This document shows positions 1 through 13,956 of a stretch of 64,000 bases of DNA, one piece after another (position 1 is the stretch's first letter; every line of letters begins with the position of its first letter). Location of the stretch: contig OX597823.1 of NCBI GenBank assembly GCA_951406725.2, positions 50,282,001-50,346,000 on the forward strand, written 5' to 3'. The notes beneath the pieces were generated by a model. It did not search any database, was not told where the DNA came from, and saw nothing but the letters and a program-made list of their open reading frames with translations. This DNA comes from Octopus vulgaris. Taxonomy: Eukaryota. The position numbers were made by a program, and so were the translations under genes.

Positions 1-598
1 AGAATCTTTAGCACGCCGGACAAAATGTTTGTTGGCATTTCTTTCGGTTTTACATCCTGAGTTTAAATATCGAGGAGTTCGACTTCGTCTTTCATCCTGA
101 AAGGATGAAAGGTGGAGTACCGGGTACTGGAGTCGTTATAATTGGCTACCCCTTCCCACCCTACAAAATTTCAGGTCATGAAATTTCGAAAAAAAAAAAA
201 AAAAAAGTGTGTCAGTATGTATGTGTACACGCTTAATATTTTTCTTTTTACATCAAATTCTAATATAATCATAATTTATACACTCTGAAAAGTATCTTCA
301 CAAAATTTCATCAAAAAAATATCCATTTTTTTGAAAGTTATGCGGAAGCAAAACCAACTCCTGTAAATTTTCTGAAACTCATTTTTCCACTCACAGAAAA
401 TAACCTTTTTACAACCAATTCCGATACAATCAGAATCTACAACATCTGAAGTGTATTTTTCTCGAAGTTATGAGGAAACAACATCGGGTATGGGCGGGGG
501 CACACACGTGAAAGAATACCTAATACGTTATATCAATGTAATGAGCATGACCCCGTGCCGTCAAAAATGACGGCTAATTGTAGCATTTTATATATAAA

Positions 599-993
599 CT
601 AGCAGTATCGCCCGGCGTTGCTCGGGTTTGTAAGGGAAATAACTATATAAGCATTTTTAGAGATGTAAAGTATAATAGCCATCTCAATATGGTTAACCAC
701 AAAGGGGGGTGTTACTGTAGCTTTTTACGTTCTGAGATTTAATAATAAACTTTTAGAGAGTTACTTCCCTTATATATGCCAAAAATGCATTAAAAATGGG
801 AAACATTGATGGTAATTTTTTTTTTAAATCGTAAACTCATCGTAGACGCGCGCTAATACCCAGAAGGGCTCGATATGAATCACAACTATAAGATACCCGG
901 TTTTGGTTAAACTGCACCGCAAAATGTGGGAGTAGTTAGGAATCTAAATCGTAGGAGACAGACAGCACACAACCTTACTTTTATATATAAAGA
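599..993 (-). mobile_element. Non-autonomous Helitron
   Basis: Minus strand starts TC and ends with hairpin cccgagcaacgccggg plus CTAG, at an A|T target. Confidence 0.75.
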
Positions 994-1191
994 TATGAAT
1001 GGTAAATCAAATTAACATACTTGTCAATGTTCACATACATTCCCTTGTACACGCATACACATACACACATATACTCAGAGTTGAAACGCTGTTTGATTTT
1101 TCTTTTCAGCATTGAATGTTCACCATCCCACCAATTTGCCATCACCCCTTCTTTCCTTATTCATCTATCATCCAGTCCTTTCTCATTCATA

Positions 1192-1386
1192 TACTCTTAC
1201 TCTTTTACTTATTTCAGTCATTTGACTGTGGCTATGCTGGAGCACCGCCTTTAGTTGAGGAAATCGACCCCAGGACTTATTCTTTGTAAGCCTAGTACTT
1301 ATTCTATCGGTCTCTTTTGTCGAACCGCTAAGTTACGGTGACGTAAACACACCAGCATCGGTTGTCAAGCGATGTTGTGAGGACAA

Positions 1387-1429
<43 letters not shown>

Positions 1430-1610
1430 TACATATACATATATACGACGGACGTCTTTCTGTTTCCGTCAACCAAATCCACTCACAAGGCTTTGATCGG
1501 CCCGAGGCTATAGTAGAAGACACTTGCCCAAGGTGCCACGCAGTGGGACTGAACCCGGAACCATGTGGCTGGTAAGCAAGCTACTTACCACACGGCCACT
1601 CCTACGGCTA
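1192..1610 (-). mobile_element. tRNA-derived SINE, family A, with internal microsatellite
   Basis: Minus strand head gtggccgtgtggtaag...gggttcagtccc; near-identical to the copies at 18122 and 19070. Confidence 0.88.
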
Positions 1611-2309
1611 TATGTTGTGACGGAGAAAAACTCAAGGGTATTATTATAGTAGATAACATTTTGTATGTTCTCGCCTGGTCGTTCGTCTGATTCCCCAATT
1701 GATTAATCAAAGAACGAAGGAAATTTGAGCAACTCAATAACAACACCAACTGTTACACATTCATATCTGTGTATACGTGCATCCCCACTCTTGGCACTAT
1801 TTAGTAGTGAATAGTACAAACTGTGTGTAAAGTATATAATGTATTACTACGCTGAACGTCGTCGTCCGTGTAACAAGTAAAGATAATAAACACGTAAACA
1901 ATAACAATGGTTTTCATTTGGTTGTCTTTTCCATTAGAACCCAAACTACACATAACACCAACTATTTCAATCGTTTTAGCAATAATTAAAAGCAGAAACA
2001 AATGTAAAGACTGCGAAAAGAAAACAGACGTTCTCCGCTTGCTATCACCGTTCTTTAAATTTGTTTAAAAAAGTAACACAATGTCACAATCGATCCTTAT
2101 CATGGCTTACTTATCTTTTGTCCTTTACTTGTTTCAGTCATTGAACTACAGTAATGCTGAGGCACAGCTTTGAAGGGTTTTAGTCGAACAAATCGATGCT
2201 GGGACTTAAGAGGTCGTACTTACTCTATTGCTCTCTTTTGCCGAACAGCTAAGATATAAGGATGTAAACAAACCAGCACGGGTTTGTCTAGTGGTAGCGG
2301 GGGTGACTG

Positions 2310-2340
<31 letters not shown>

Positions 2341-3534
2341 ACCACACGACAAGCTTTCACACAGTTTCCGTCTACCAAATCCACTCATAAGGCATTAAGC
2401 TGCTGGGGCGAGAGTAGAAGACAGTAGACCAAGGTGTCACGCAGTGGGACTGAAACCGAAATCACGTGGTTGTAAAGGCAGCTTCTAAACTATTAATCTT
2501 CAACTTAAAGAAGGAAAACAACTATGACGTCACAATCAATGCTCTTAAATTCAAGTTTTGCTCGAATTTACTAAATCTCACGTAATGACAGCACACATCT
2601 GTGAACCTAACTTCCAACAGATATTTTTGGAATCATCTAAGTCACGAAATGAATGTAGATTCTAACAATCACATCTAGATCTTCGTATATCTAAGTTCTC
2701 GTACCAATTTCAGATATCTAGAATGTATTTTACTTAACGTTCGCGTGATTCGCATAATTCATTATTGATTGTCTTTAAATATTAATTTCATGTTCGATTG
2801 TTTGATTTTTATTTTTGTTTAGCGCTAAATTCATTTATACTATGGTTTTAATAGATTCCTATAATTTCGGTTAAACATGTTTAGAGTATAAAACATTATG
2901 GCTTTTTAGGAATTTTAATATTCAAGAATTTGCATTAAATTTTCTGTTGACGTGTGTGATCTCATTTTATATATTTATTAATTCACTTTTAATGAGGTAA
3001 TTCGACGGCTGTATTTTATATCAATGATCACATTGTGTATGCACTCATTAATAAGCATAATGAGAAGACTACTGTGGAAGTGATGATGGCAGTCGTGTTG
3101 ATGGTGGAGCAATTATTTATCAAATAGGTCAATGAGAAGCTTAATATATATATCAAAGGTGTAAATCAATGATGTATTTCACATCATTAGCATTTGCAAC
3201 AACTTCGAGGTATTCGGTTGCTTATTGTCCGAGCCTTAAGGACAAAAGATAGCTTTTTTTTCTTTATATTTGTGTTCAGATTGTGTTGTGTTGATTCATT
3301 TAAAACTAAATTAGAGACTTTAAAATAAATAGCTGGTTCATTAACTATCTACAATAAATATTATTTTGATCGACAAACTATAAATATTATTTTGATCGGC
3401 AGTGGTTGTGCTTTTTCTTTCCCTTTTTATTCTTGTTTCTTCCTTTTTACTTCCTTTTCGTTATTTAAGTTTGTGTATGTTTTCTAAATGTGTTAATGAA
3501 TAAAGCAATAAGTAATAAATAATACCTTGAAAGG

Positions 3535-4270
3535 GTTGCTAGGTCCATCTCATAGTCTCAGCGGACGAAATGGAAAAGGCGATACCCCGGAGGATGGCGA
3601 GCGAGATGCACTGAAACAGCCACTCTGACTCACGGGATTTGCACTTGTAGATAGCCATTTCAGCCCCCAAAGCGATGAACCACCCGCTTCAAACCCATGT
3701 TACATCTGCTCCGATAATCGGCAGTGACTTGGTCAATGAATCCTTTGTGACGATTGACAATCGACGGTAAGGTGAGCTGCTACGGATCACACTATCTGAA
3801 AGTGGGTATGCATGTGACAGGGGACCACATGTGAACTTGTATTCCTATTGAAATTCCGAACATGAACTTCACACCTCAACGAATGACGACTACGGTTACC
3901 GTGTCTGCGCTAGCCGACTCGCTTGCTCTCCCAGAGGGACATTGTGTCAAATTTGCAAGCTGTAAATTTGGGTCACAGCCAGAAGCATTATTTTTGCCTG
4001 CTGGAACATTAAGGCCGACTGTCGGATATGATCAGCATTCAGGAAGAACATGTTGCACTCGTTGGTCGGAGCCGGTTCAACCCATCCCGGGTGAATACCA
4101 TTACAAGTACAGGTAAGTAAATGAGCAGGTATGTGGTATGGGGGCCGAGACTGCCAGAAGTCTCCACTGCTATAGGCTCAAACATGTGGTATTGCTATTG
4201 AAACTGCAATATTGATATGAGCCAATTTAGGATGTTCATGGAGGGATCTACGTTGCATGTAGAGATCTGA
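3535..4270 (-). pseudogene. CRE-like non-LTR retrotransposon relic (C-terminal region)
   Basis: Minus frame ends SRESEWLFQCISLAILRGIAFSI, like the CRE/RLE terminal motif LFQRISLAVQRGNA. Confidence 0.5.
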
Positions 4271-5055
4271 GTAAATTTGTCTATAAAAATCACGAAACCC
4301 GCAAGAGCGGAAGGCAAAAGTGAAGTCGAACTCTTCGATATTTGAACTCAGGATGTAAAACCGGAGGAAATGCCATTAAACATTTTGTCTAGCGTGCTAA
4401 CGATTATGCCAGCTTACCGCCGTAATAAAACGAATAACAAAAACGGAAACGTGAAAATCATTAGTTACATTTTATATGTTTATGGATAAATCCAGCGATG
4501 TGTGCTAACATTTGCCACACAGCAAACTTGAATTATTTTCGGAAATGAAATAATAGTTTCAACAGAGAACATGGATTGTGACGTAACAGTTGTGCTATCA
4601 TATGTATAGGAGTTGACATTGATGGAAGTGACGGCAAGCCTGTCGCTGGTGTATGAATAGGCGGGAATGTGTGTAACTATATAAAAACTGACCCTTAGGT
4701 GCACTAAATTTGGTAGTGTATAGATCGGAAAGATAGGTTTGAATGTTTCGTTGTTGCTGAGTGAAACTTCATAGTTTTCGCCAAGTTCTTTCTAGGCGTG
4801 GGACACTGGTGATCACAAAAGATAAGGGCTTTCCAGTTTGGCAATCATTGAGAAGGGAGAACGGTCAAGGTGTTGAAGAAGGAGGCAGTCTCCGTCATCT
4901 GATGATTTAGAAGTAAATGGGATCGGGCTGGATCAGAAAAATTGCCCTTCTTGTAAATGAGATAGACTGTACTAAAGACGGAGAAAAATCGAGAAGTGGG
5001 GGGAGGAGGAGAGAGAGACAGAAAGTTTGGCGATTATAGAGGCTATTTGAGAGTG

Positions 5056-5446
5056 TGGAGGCGCAATGGCCCAGTGGTTAGGGCAGCGGACTCGCAGTCA
5101 TAGGATCGCGGTTTCGATTCCCAGACCGGGCGTTGTGAGTGTTTATTGAGCGAAAACACCTAAAGCTCCACGAGGCTCCGGCAGGGGATGGTGGTGATCC
5201 CTACTGTACTCTTTCACCACAACTTTCTCTCACTCTTACTTCCTGCTTCTGTTGTACCTGTATTTCAAAGGGCCAGCCTTGTCACTCTCTGTGTCACGCT
5301 GAATATCCCCGAGAACTACGTTAAGGGTACACGTGTCTGTGGAGTGCTCAGCCACTTACACGTTAATTTCACGAGCAGGCTGTTCCGTTGATTCGGATCA
5401 ACCGGAACCCTCGTCGTCGTAACCGACGGAGTGCTTCCCCTCCTTC
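5056..5446 (+). mobile_element. tRNA-derived SINE, family C (relatives ~28775-29090, 45110-45347, 49990-50300, 63757-63880)
   Basis: A box tggcccagtggtt, B box gtttcgattcc, TSD ctatttgagagtg. Confidence 0.88.
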
Positions 5447-5460
5447 CTATTTGAGAGTGG

Positions 5461-5869
5461 AATGCTGATATTGTACTTGTATTTATTTCTGAAAACTGTA
5501 ACGGAATAGCTGGAGAAAAACAGCAGTTTCAGCTTGCTCTTCAGCTTGCTATACACTCCTAAATTCTTCTAATTCATTAAAACTGACTAATAAAGCAATA
5601 GCCTTCACCTCGCAATGAGGGATGGCTTGTGTATATATCAGCTCACGATAGCATAGCCACCTGAAATAAACCACAAAAGTGTAATACATAACCCCCAAGC
5701 AATCCCTCATTGCAAGCGGAGGTCGTTGTTTTATTAAGCAATTTTAATGAATTAGACGAATTTAGGAGTGTATTGTAAGCTGAAGAGCAAGCTGACACTG
5801 CCGTTTTATCTTCATCTTCACCTTCACCGTCACAGCTTTCAGAAATGAATATCACAAGAAATGAGCATT
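5461..5869. repeat. Long imperfect inverted repeat (~170-bp arms)
   Basis: tcagcttgctcttcagctt...atacactcctaaattc...gcaatgagggat pairs with 5696-5869. Confidence 0.9.
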
Positions 5870-6480
5870 ACAAACTTTTAATTAATCCGGAATAAAATTT
5901 TACGGATTTCTTAAAATTATGTTAAGTCGATTGTGAAATCGTTTTAATGAGTGCTAAAATAATTGGTTTAAGTTTTGGCAAAGGAGCCGCAGATCTTAGA
6001 GATGAAGGTATGTCGATTACATCGACCCCAGTGTTCAACTCGTACTTATTTTATCGATCCCGAAAGGATGAAAGGCAAAGTCGACCTCAGCGGGATTTGA
6101 ACCCAGAACGTAAAGATGGACGAAATGCTTAGCAGCATTTAGTCCAGTATGCTAACGATTCTACCAGCTCTCCCCTTTAATCGATACAATAAAAATAGTT
6201 TCTAATTACGGCACAGGGCCAATAATTTTAATGCGAGAGGGTATCAATCGATTACATTGACCCCAGTACTTCATTGGTACTTATTTTATTGACACCAGAA
6301 GGATGAAGGAACCTGACCATCCAAACACTCGGAAATCATCCGTCTTTTGGGTAAAGAACCTCCTCAAACTGAGACAGATGTAATAGTAAAAATTTACCCA
6401 AATGGTGTTGTTATGAAGCATAAAATAGAATAATGTACAAAAGCTTTGAATAGAAACAGTGCACCTGAACTGAAAAAATA

Positions 6481-6866
6481 TCTCTCTATATATAAACGGC
6501 AGTTTGTCTGTCTGCGTGTCTGTGTGTCTGTTAGGTTGTACCCTCACCCTGACCACGGCTTTCAACCGATTCTGATGAAACTTGACACACACATAGCCCA
6601 ATGTCATAATTCAAAACTAACGCAGTGAAAATTTTGAAAAGTTCCCCCAGTTCTGAAAAAAATCGATAAATTCGACATGGGATCGAGAATCAGAAACACA
6701 AACCACAGACTGTCTAGGGAACGCAACTCGACCTTTTTAACTCTCAAAAAAAAAATTTGCCATAATTTTTTTTCCATTTTTTTGCTATTTTTTGGCTATA
6801 ACTCTCTAAAAATGCTTTATAGTTATTTCCCTTACAAACCCGAGCAACGCCGGGCGATACTGCTAG
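6481..6866 (+). mobile_element. Non-autonomous Helitron (same 3' end as 599-993)
   Basis: 5' TC; 3' cccgagcaacgccggg...CTAG|T. Confidence 0.78.
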
Positions 6867-6904
6867 TATATAATAAAACGAATAATGCTTTTAATATAGG
6901 TATA

Positions 6905-7253
6905 TGACGTGTGTAAATTTGTATGTGTACGAACCCACCATGTTTTTTTTTCTCTTTCATATAGAATTCCGATACTGTCGTAAACTACACATTCTGAAAG
7001 GTATGTATAGAAAATTTCATTAAAAAAATAACTAATTTTTCTGAAAGTTATGAGTAAAAAAGCTTTCCTGTGCGAATTTTCCCAAACTCATCCCCCCACC
7101 TTCAGAAAACCTTTTCACCACGTATTCCAATATAATCAAAACCTGAAGCGCATTTGTAGAAAATTTCGATAAAAGATATCAATTGTTCTGGAAGTTATTA
7201 GGCTACAAATCAAGGTGACACAAAGTCCGCACGGAGTGCGGTTTTTAAGCTAG
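6905..7253 (+). mobile_element. Helitron-like element with internal tandem subrepeats (relatives at ~210-510 and ~33735-34075)
   Basis: 3' hairpin ccgcac-gga-gtgcgg then CTAG|T; repeated aaaatttcat...gaaagttatg units. Confidence 0.6.
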
Positions 7254-9299
7254 TTAAGGATAAGTTTGAAAGTTGACTCAACGGAGAGGAGTTCCAACTA
7301 AGTGAAACCTCCAATCGATTTAAATGCACAAGTCTCCGATATCCAAGTGGCTTAAGACGTGTCAGCAGAAGAGCTCCTAAGAGTCATGACCTGGATGCTG
7401 CCCAGTTCCCTTAGAGTGTAAGAAATTCAGGGTCAAAACACTTGCCTGAGTGGGATTTCTTCTCTGAAGATCTGCTGTTCAGCTCCCTTGAGAGTTTCTT
7501 ACCACTGTCTGGATATTACTAGTTGATTGTATATGTTGCGACAGGGACCACAAGGATTCAAGCTTGCAGCAAAAAGAGAATGTGACTTTCGTATCTCCAG
7601 ATGTTTTATATTTTCTTTGTTTTGTTGTATGCCACATGGTCCTTTGTTGGTTGGGAGTGAAACTTATAACGAGCCGAACTGGGCTGTTCCGTCTTATAGC
7701 TGGATAGTTTATTGTTGATTGTTTTGCAGAGAGATTAGGAGTCTAGGTAGAGTTGCTATAATCCATATTAGACCTAATATATTTTGCGTACCACTATTCT
7801 TTTTTACTGTTGGAGAACGTTTGGTCCAGGATTTAAAATATATCAAAGAAAATAACTATGACGTAATAATCAGCGTTTCAAGTTTTGTTCCATTGCTTGA
7901 AGGAATTTATTTCCAAATTTGTTTTAGATTAAGTCATATTAGAACACATATCGATAGATCTAATTAGTAAAATCAACTTTTGCTCATGAACATATGTCAT
8001 TCAATGAAATTTTATAAGGTCTTTCCGTAAAATTTCTTCTCACTATTGGTCTAAGACAAATACCATGTAGGAAAGCTACATATATTTCATTTCTTATTTA
8101 CCGTTCAATAGCTGGCCGTTTTAACATTACCACCACTATTACCAATAATAATTCTTTCTACTACAGGTACAAGGCCTGAAAGTTTGGGGGAGGGAGCTAA
8201 CCGATTACATCAACACCACTGCTCAACTGATACTTATTCTATCCTCCAGAAGAGGATGAAAGGCAAAATCTACCTCAGCGGAATTTGAGCTCAGAACGTA
8301 AGGAACTGGAAGAATTGCTACTAAGCATTTTGTCTAGCGAATCTGCCAGCTCGCCGCCTAACCATCTCCATCACCAAGAATAATGGTTTCAAATTTGGCA
8401 CAAGGTCAGCAGTTTCGAGTGAGTGGGTAAGTCAATTACATCGACCTTTGTGCTCAACTGGTCCTTGTTTTATCGACTTTGAAAGGATGAAAAGCAAAGT
8501 CAATCGCGACGAAATTTGAACTCAAAATGTAAAGACGGATGCAATATCGCTAAGCATTTTGCCCAGCGTGTTAACGACTCTGCCAGCTCACCGCCTTTAC
8601 AGAATGAATACATATCGTAAAGTAAATTACCAAGACATGGGCGGCATATTTGTGATTAGGTTATCTTTTATCATAGCTCTATCAGGGTCGCCTTTCGCTA
8701 AACAATAGCAACAACAGAAATATAGTTAGAGACTGAATACTGTTGATATTACATGTCCAGACTAAGGCGGTGAACTGGCAGAACGGTTACCGCGCTGGAA
8801 AATGTTTAGCGGTATTTTCTTTCGGCTTTACGTTCCGAGTTCAAATGCTGTTGGAGTTGACTTTACTTTTCATCCTTTCGGAGTCGATAAAATAACTACC
8901 AGTAAATACTGGGGCCGATATAATCGACTAGCCCCTCTCTGACAATTTGATCAAGCCTTATGCCACTAGATGAAACGATATTACCTGCGTACACTGATAT
9001 TCATCCCATTTACGATGTATATCATTGTATCCACTGTGATGTTAAGCTATGAGGCGATTATATTAAATCTGTGCATCTTTCCTGATCAACATAGGTTGCA
9101 TGGACCTTTCTGTTTAGTTAAAACTGACATTACACGAACGACCGTTCAATCAATTCACACTGGAATAATGATTTCTCATAATAACATGTAAACGGAGATT
9201 TTAATTGCAATGAAAAGAGAAGTTGGGATACATGTGTAAAATTCTCGTATATTATGGTAGTAAAACATCCAAATACGATATTCTGAAAACGACATAAAA

Positions 9300-11590
9300 T
9301 ATTAACAAAATTTTGTAGCTGCAATTATTGAAATATCTAAGAAAAGAATTCTGTTAATATATTTTGCACCAAACAGAAAACATTTTCGGCAGAATTTCCG
9401 AATAACTGATCCTCATAAGTTGGAACTTGTTCGTTTAGACAGAGATTTTTCAAATCTGTTTTTGTACCACGCAACTCGAAAGGATGAGCTTTTTCTAAAA
9501 AAGAAAAGAATTTGGAAACCCATGATTTTGGAAAGTTGTCCCCCATTTCCTTGTTGCCATCACGATGGATTATTCGATATTCTTTATTTATTTATTTATT
9601 CATTTTTGCACTTCAAAACGATGGAGTAAGCGTTTTTTCCAAACAAAAAAATATTTTAGAGACCCATGATTTTGGAACGTGTCTCCCCTCTTCTCCCCAC
9701 CTAATGCCTTCACGACAACCGTCATCATTCAAAAATTTTCCTCCTCATGTAATCCGCACTCTTAGAGCAAAAAGAAATTAGCCAATAAATTTCATAACAA
9801 CCCATCAACCGTTAATAATTATTTTCTAGCAAAAGTTATAGATGTGTTTTCAGTTTTTTTCCCATTCGACACAAAACGTAAATGAATTTAAGATAGTAGT
9901 GGAAGTATGTTTACTCTGTATTTGACCTAATTTCAGAAAAACTTGTATCTAAATTGTTCTTCAGTTATTTGAATAAAGAAGTGGGTACTGTTTTCAAATG
10001 AAGAAAAATCAATTTTTCCTGCTAATGAAATAGACATTCTCACAGGAGACTTTATACAAGTGACTTGCAATGGGTGTTGTTTATCCCATGTTTTTTTTTA
10101 TGTTTCACTAGAGATTATTTTTATATTTATTATTCCTTTAGGTAGGCAGTTGAACACTTGAAGATCTCTAAATATCGTTACAATAGAAGGATCTTTTCGG
10201 TTTGAACGGCAGTTTTTTAAAATAATTTCCACGTAACTAAACACTTTTAAACTTCGTATACTGGTAGAATGTGTTTATAAAACATCTTTTTCTCTTGGCT
10301 TTATTGAGAAAATTCTATAGTTTGTAAGATATTTGTAGTTGTTTTTCTTCAATTTCTGAAATTTCAACCAATCAATGACGTCTTTTGAGGTAAAAACATT
10401 TTGTGCCGTATGAATATGTCCCTCGTTTAAGAAACAGATTGGGTTTATTTACATTTGTGAAGAAAAAAAAGATATCCTTTCCCCCAGCCCTAACCCTAAC
10501 TAACCCTAACCCTAAAACAGATTGAAATGCAATAGATCGATACTAGGGTTATAATTATGGGTGGCAATTTCATATGATACCGCTAGAAAAACTGCCGTTC
10601 AAACCGAAAAGATCCCAATAGAGTATTTTTGCTCGTGATTTCGGAAAAAAAAAGGTGTTTCAGTAACGGGAAAATTTCCCCGCCACTGAAACATTCACTC
10701 GTGTCAAATTAAAAGGAGATTAAAGTATTTATTTGGTTCAGTAGTTGGAATGAAATGGCCACACATTGACGGAGCTAAGTACAACCATACTTATAAATTC
10801 AAAACTATCACAGTTAACGAAAGTACTGAAATTTAACCGTAGTGATTTAAGCAGTTTTTATAAGTGGTGATGTAATTTCCTTGTCCGAAAGTCGAAGCAA
10901 CGTGGAGTCAAGCAAAATTAGCGATTGAGTCAGGTACGACTTAATAAAGTTTTGTTCTTCTCTTAATTCATTTACTTTTTTTTATGTGATATAGAAAAAA
11001 AACGCAATAACATGAAAACATTATTTTGTTTGAAAAATGTTTAATTTGGGTTTTTTAAAAATTGAGGAGACGGATTACGAAATTTTTGTTGGCTAATTTC
11101 TTTTTTTGCTCTAAAAATGCGGACTACGTGTGTTTCAAGATGTAGAATATTATAACATTGAGGGAGAAAAAAATTGTAATGGTGATGACTGCCGTGAAGA
11201 CAGTGGTGAGGGTGAGAGAAGAGGAGCCATGTTCCAAAATCGAAAATTTCCAAACATTTTTTGTCTTTTTCAAAGGTTTAACCCCATCATTTTGAAGTGT
11301 GTAGAGCAAAATCCAGTTTGTAAAGTACGTTTGAAAGCGCCAGAGTTGGAGATGAGGTTCCAAAATCATAGATTTCCAAATTTTTTTTTAAGAAAACGAT
11401 CTTCCCCTGTTGTTTCGAAGTGCGTGGTGCAAAAAAGAAAAAAAAATTGCAAAGTCCCTGTGAAAACGGAGAAAATCCAGCATATGTGGATCAGCTATTC
11501 CGAAACTCCGCCAAATATTTTTTTATTAAAAGAATGAAGTCTGAAATTCAAGTTTGCAATCGTGATTCAAGGTTTTCACACATCTACAAT
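9300..11590. mobile_element. Old foldback-like element with ~500-600 bp diverged inverted arms
   Basis: 9370-9900 resembles the reverse complement of 10960-11520 (e.g. gaataactgatcc / ggatcagctattc); internal catgattttggaa subrepeats. Confidence 0.55.
10189..10615. mobile_element. MITE with ~29-bp TIRs and internal (CCCTAA)n
   Basis: ggatcttttcggtttgaacggcagttttt inverted at both ends; caataga repeated on both flanks; telomeric hexamers near 10490-10513. Confidence 0.85.
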
Positions 11591-12094
11591 TTATAATGGA
11601 CTCCGATAGGAATAATATTATTTATTGTATCAGAAGTATGTTTATTTTTCACATTTTTGCGTTGAGGGGCATATTTTCACTGGAGTTTAGCACCCAATAT
11701 TGGCTCATGTTGACCACCAGTCGATATCTTCCCATGGAACCCATTCCAAATTCCCCTACTCAATACAGCAATCCTTCTAACCTCCGGAGTATCTGTCACT
11801 TGAGCCCACCGCTCATTAATAAACAACCTAAATTATGCTACTCACTATATAATTATCCCCATCACCTTAGACTTCTACTTTACAATTCTTCAAATAATAG
11901 AATATATAGAAGCATCATTCTCCATCCTAGATAGTATTTATGGATCAGCATTTGAGATGAAAAATTTGTGATCGTCATCTTTTCCACATGTTATTAGCAG
12001 CGAAAAGGAACGAAGATCCTGACCTCAGCTGTGCTGTAAACTAGCCTGTACTCTCCAGCATATCTCTCTTGATTCAAATAATATTCCTCCAATT

Positions 12095-12550
12095 CCGGGC
12101 GGCGAGCTTGACAGAATCATTATCGCGTAGAAGGCGGCGAGCTGGCAGAAACGTTAGCACGCCGAACGAAATGCTTAGCAGTATTTTGTCTGGCGCTACG
12201 TTCTGAGTTCAAATTCCGCCGAGGTCGACTTTGCCTTTCATCCTTTCGGGGTCGATTAAATAAGTAACCAGTTATGCACTGGGGTCGATATAATCGACTT
12301 AATCCGTTTGTCCCCTCTGCGTGTAGCCCCTTGTGGGCAGTAAAGAAAATAAGAATCATTATCGCGTACGACAAAATAGTTAGCAGCAATTTCTCTGACT
12401 CTTTATGTTCTGAGTTCAAATTCTACCGGGATCGACTTTACTTTTCATCCTTTCCGACTCGATGAAATATATTATCCGCCAAATACTGGGGTCGATGTAA
12501 TCTACTTTACTCTCCCCCCCAAAAAAACTGTTGCCCTTGTGCCGTAATTA
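12095..12550 (+). mobile_element. Nested pair of SINE family B copies
   Basis: ggcggcgagctggcagaa...gagttcaaattccgccgaggtcgactttgcctttcatcctttcgggg; inner copy flanked by agaatcattatcgcgta duplication. Confidence 0.85.
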
Positions 12551-13956
12551 GAGTATGTTCCTCAAATTCGTTAATGTCAATAGCTATGACATCACAATCA
12601 ACATTTGCTGAGTCACCTTTTTCATCATTAGTATAAACTGATGTAAGACATAAAGTAATTGCACTTTTTAACAATTCTGTATCTTTTACTTGTTCCAGTC
12701 ATTAATTAGACTGTGGCCATACTAGGACACCACATTGGAGAATTTTTAGTCGAACGAATCGATTCTAGTACCTTTTTTTAAGCCTGATGTCGATCTCATT
12801 TACTAAACCTATTTCTTTATTACCCACAAGGGGCTAAACACAGAGGGGACAAACAAGGACATACATAGGTATTAAGTCGATTACATCGACCCCAGTGCGT
12901 GACTGGTACTTAATTTATCGACCCCGAAAGGATGAAAGGCAATTTATCGATCCCGAAAGGATGAAAGGCAAAGTCGACCTCGGCGGAATTTGAACTCACA
13001 ACGTAACGCAGACGAAATACTGCTAAGCATTTCGCTCGGTGTGCTAACGTTTCTGCCAGCACCGCACAAAAGCCATCCGTTTGGCGCAGGAATTAATCTT
13101 TTGTCATCATATCTCGTTCACTAACGGTCTAAATTCTCCAACTCTTTTTTTTTCAGCCCACCTCCACACACACACTCACACCCACAAGAGCCACCCACCA
13201 CCTAACTCTTACATTCCTACTGTCCCTTACCCAACCCCACACGCCTACACTACACCGTTAAACAAATACCCAAATTTGAATCATGAGCCAAAAAACTAGA
13301 GATTATGATAAAGTGAAAGCTGACGTCATGACATTTATTCAGCTTCACTTTCAAAGTCTTCAAAAAGGCACGGCTGTCAGAACTGCCTTCTTTTTATCTG
13401 GTAGAAAATATCAGTCTTCGGGCCTCTATGTTGCACTGTTTTTTTTATTTTTTAAACAAATCGTGTCTTTTTCTTTTGTTGTTGTTTAGTTCTGTACTTC
13501 GTTGATTGAACAGATTTAATGTCGCAGGCGTCCCAACTGTGACCACCCAATCTTCTTTATTCCTGTGTTCTTGACTTGTTTTAGTTACTAGACTGCAGCC
13601 ATGCTAGGACAATGCCCTGAATGGGTTTTAATTGAATGAATCGAATTCAGTACTTTTTTTTGTTTTTAAAGCCTGGCTGGCTCTTATTCTATTAGTCTGT
13701 TTTGTCGAGCCACAAAGTCTCCAGGACGTAAACAAACCAACACTGGTTGTCAGGTTGTGGGGACAAGCACACACGCGCACATTATACACAAACGCGCGCG
13801 CTCACATGTGATTATACGATGAGCTTCCTTCAATTTCCGCCAACTAAATCAACACACAAGGCTTTCGTCGGCTCGAGGATACAGTACAAGTCATTTGCCC
13901 GAAGCGTTATGCAGTGGGACTGAACCTGGAAGTATGTGGTTGCGAAACAAGCTTCT

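Noticed and set aside
5056-5130. tRNA gene-like sequence (also at 42212 and in family A heads)
   Set aside because: It continues into a SINE body with a TSD; these are SINE heads, not tRNA genes.
7360-7395. Possible third hammerhead (cagaagagctcctaagagtc)
   Set aside because: The CUGA and GAAA core elements and stems I and III are missing.
10487-10513. Telomeric repeat as a chromosome fusion scar
   Set aside because: Only about four units, and internal to a MITE.
13309-13351. Small hairpin aaagtgaaagctga...tcagcttcacttt overlapping a TGACGTCA
   Set aside because: The stem is only ~13 bp, too short for a pre-miRNA and plausible by chance.
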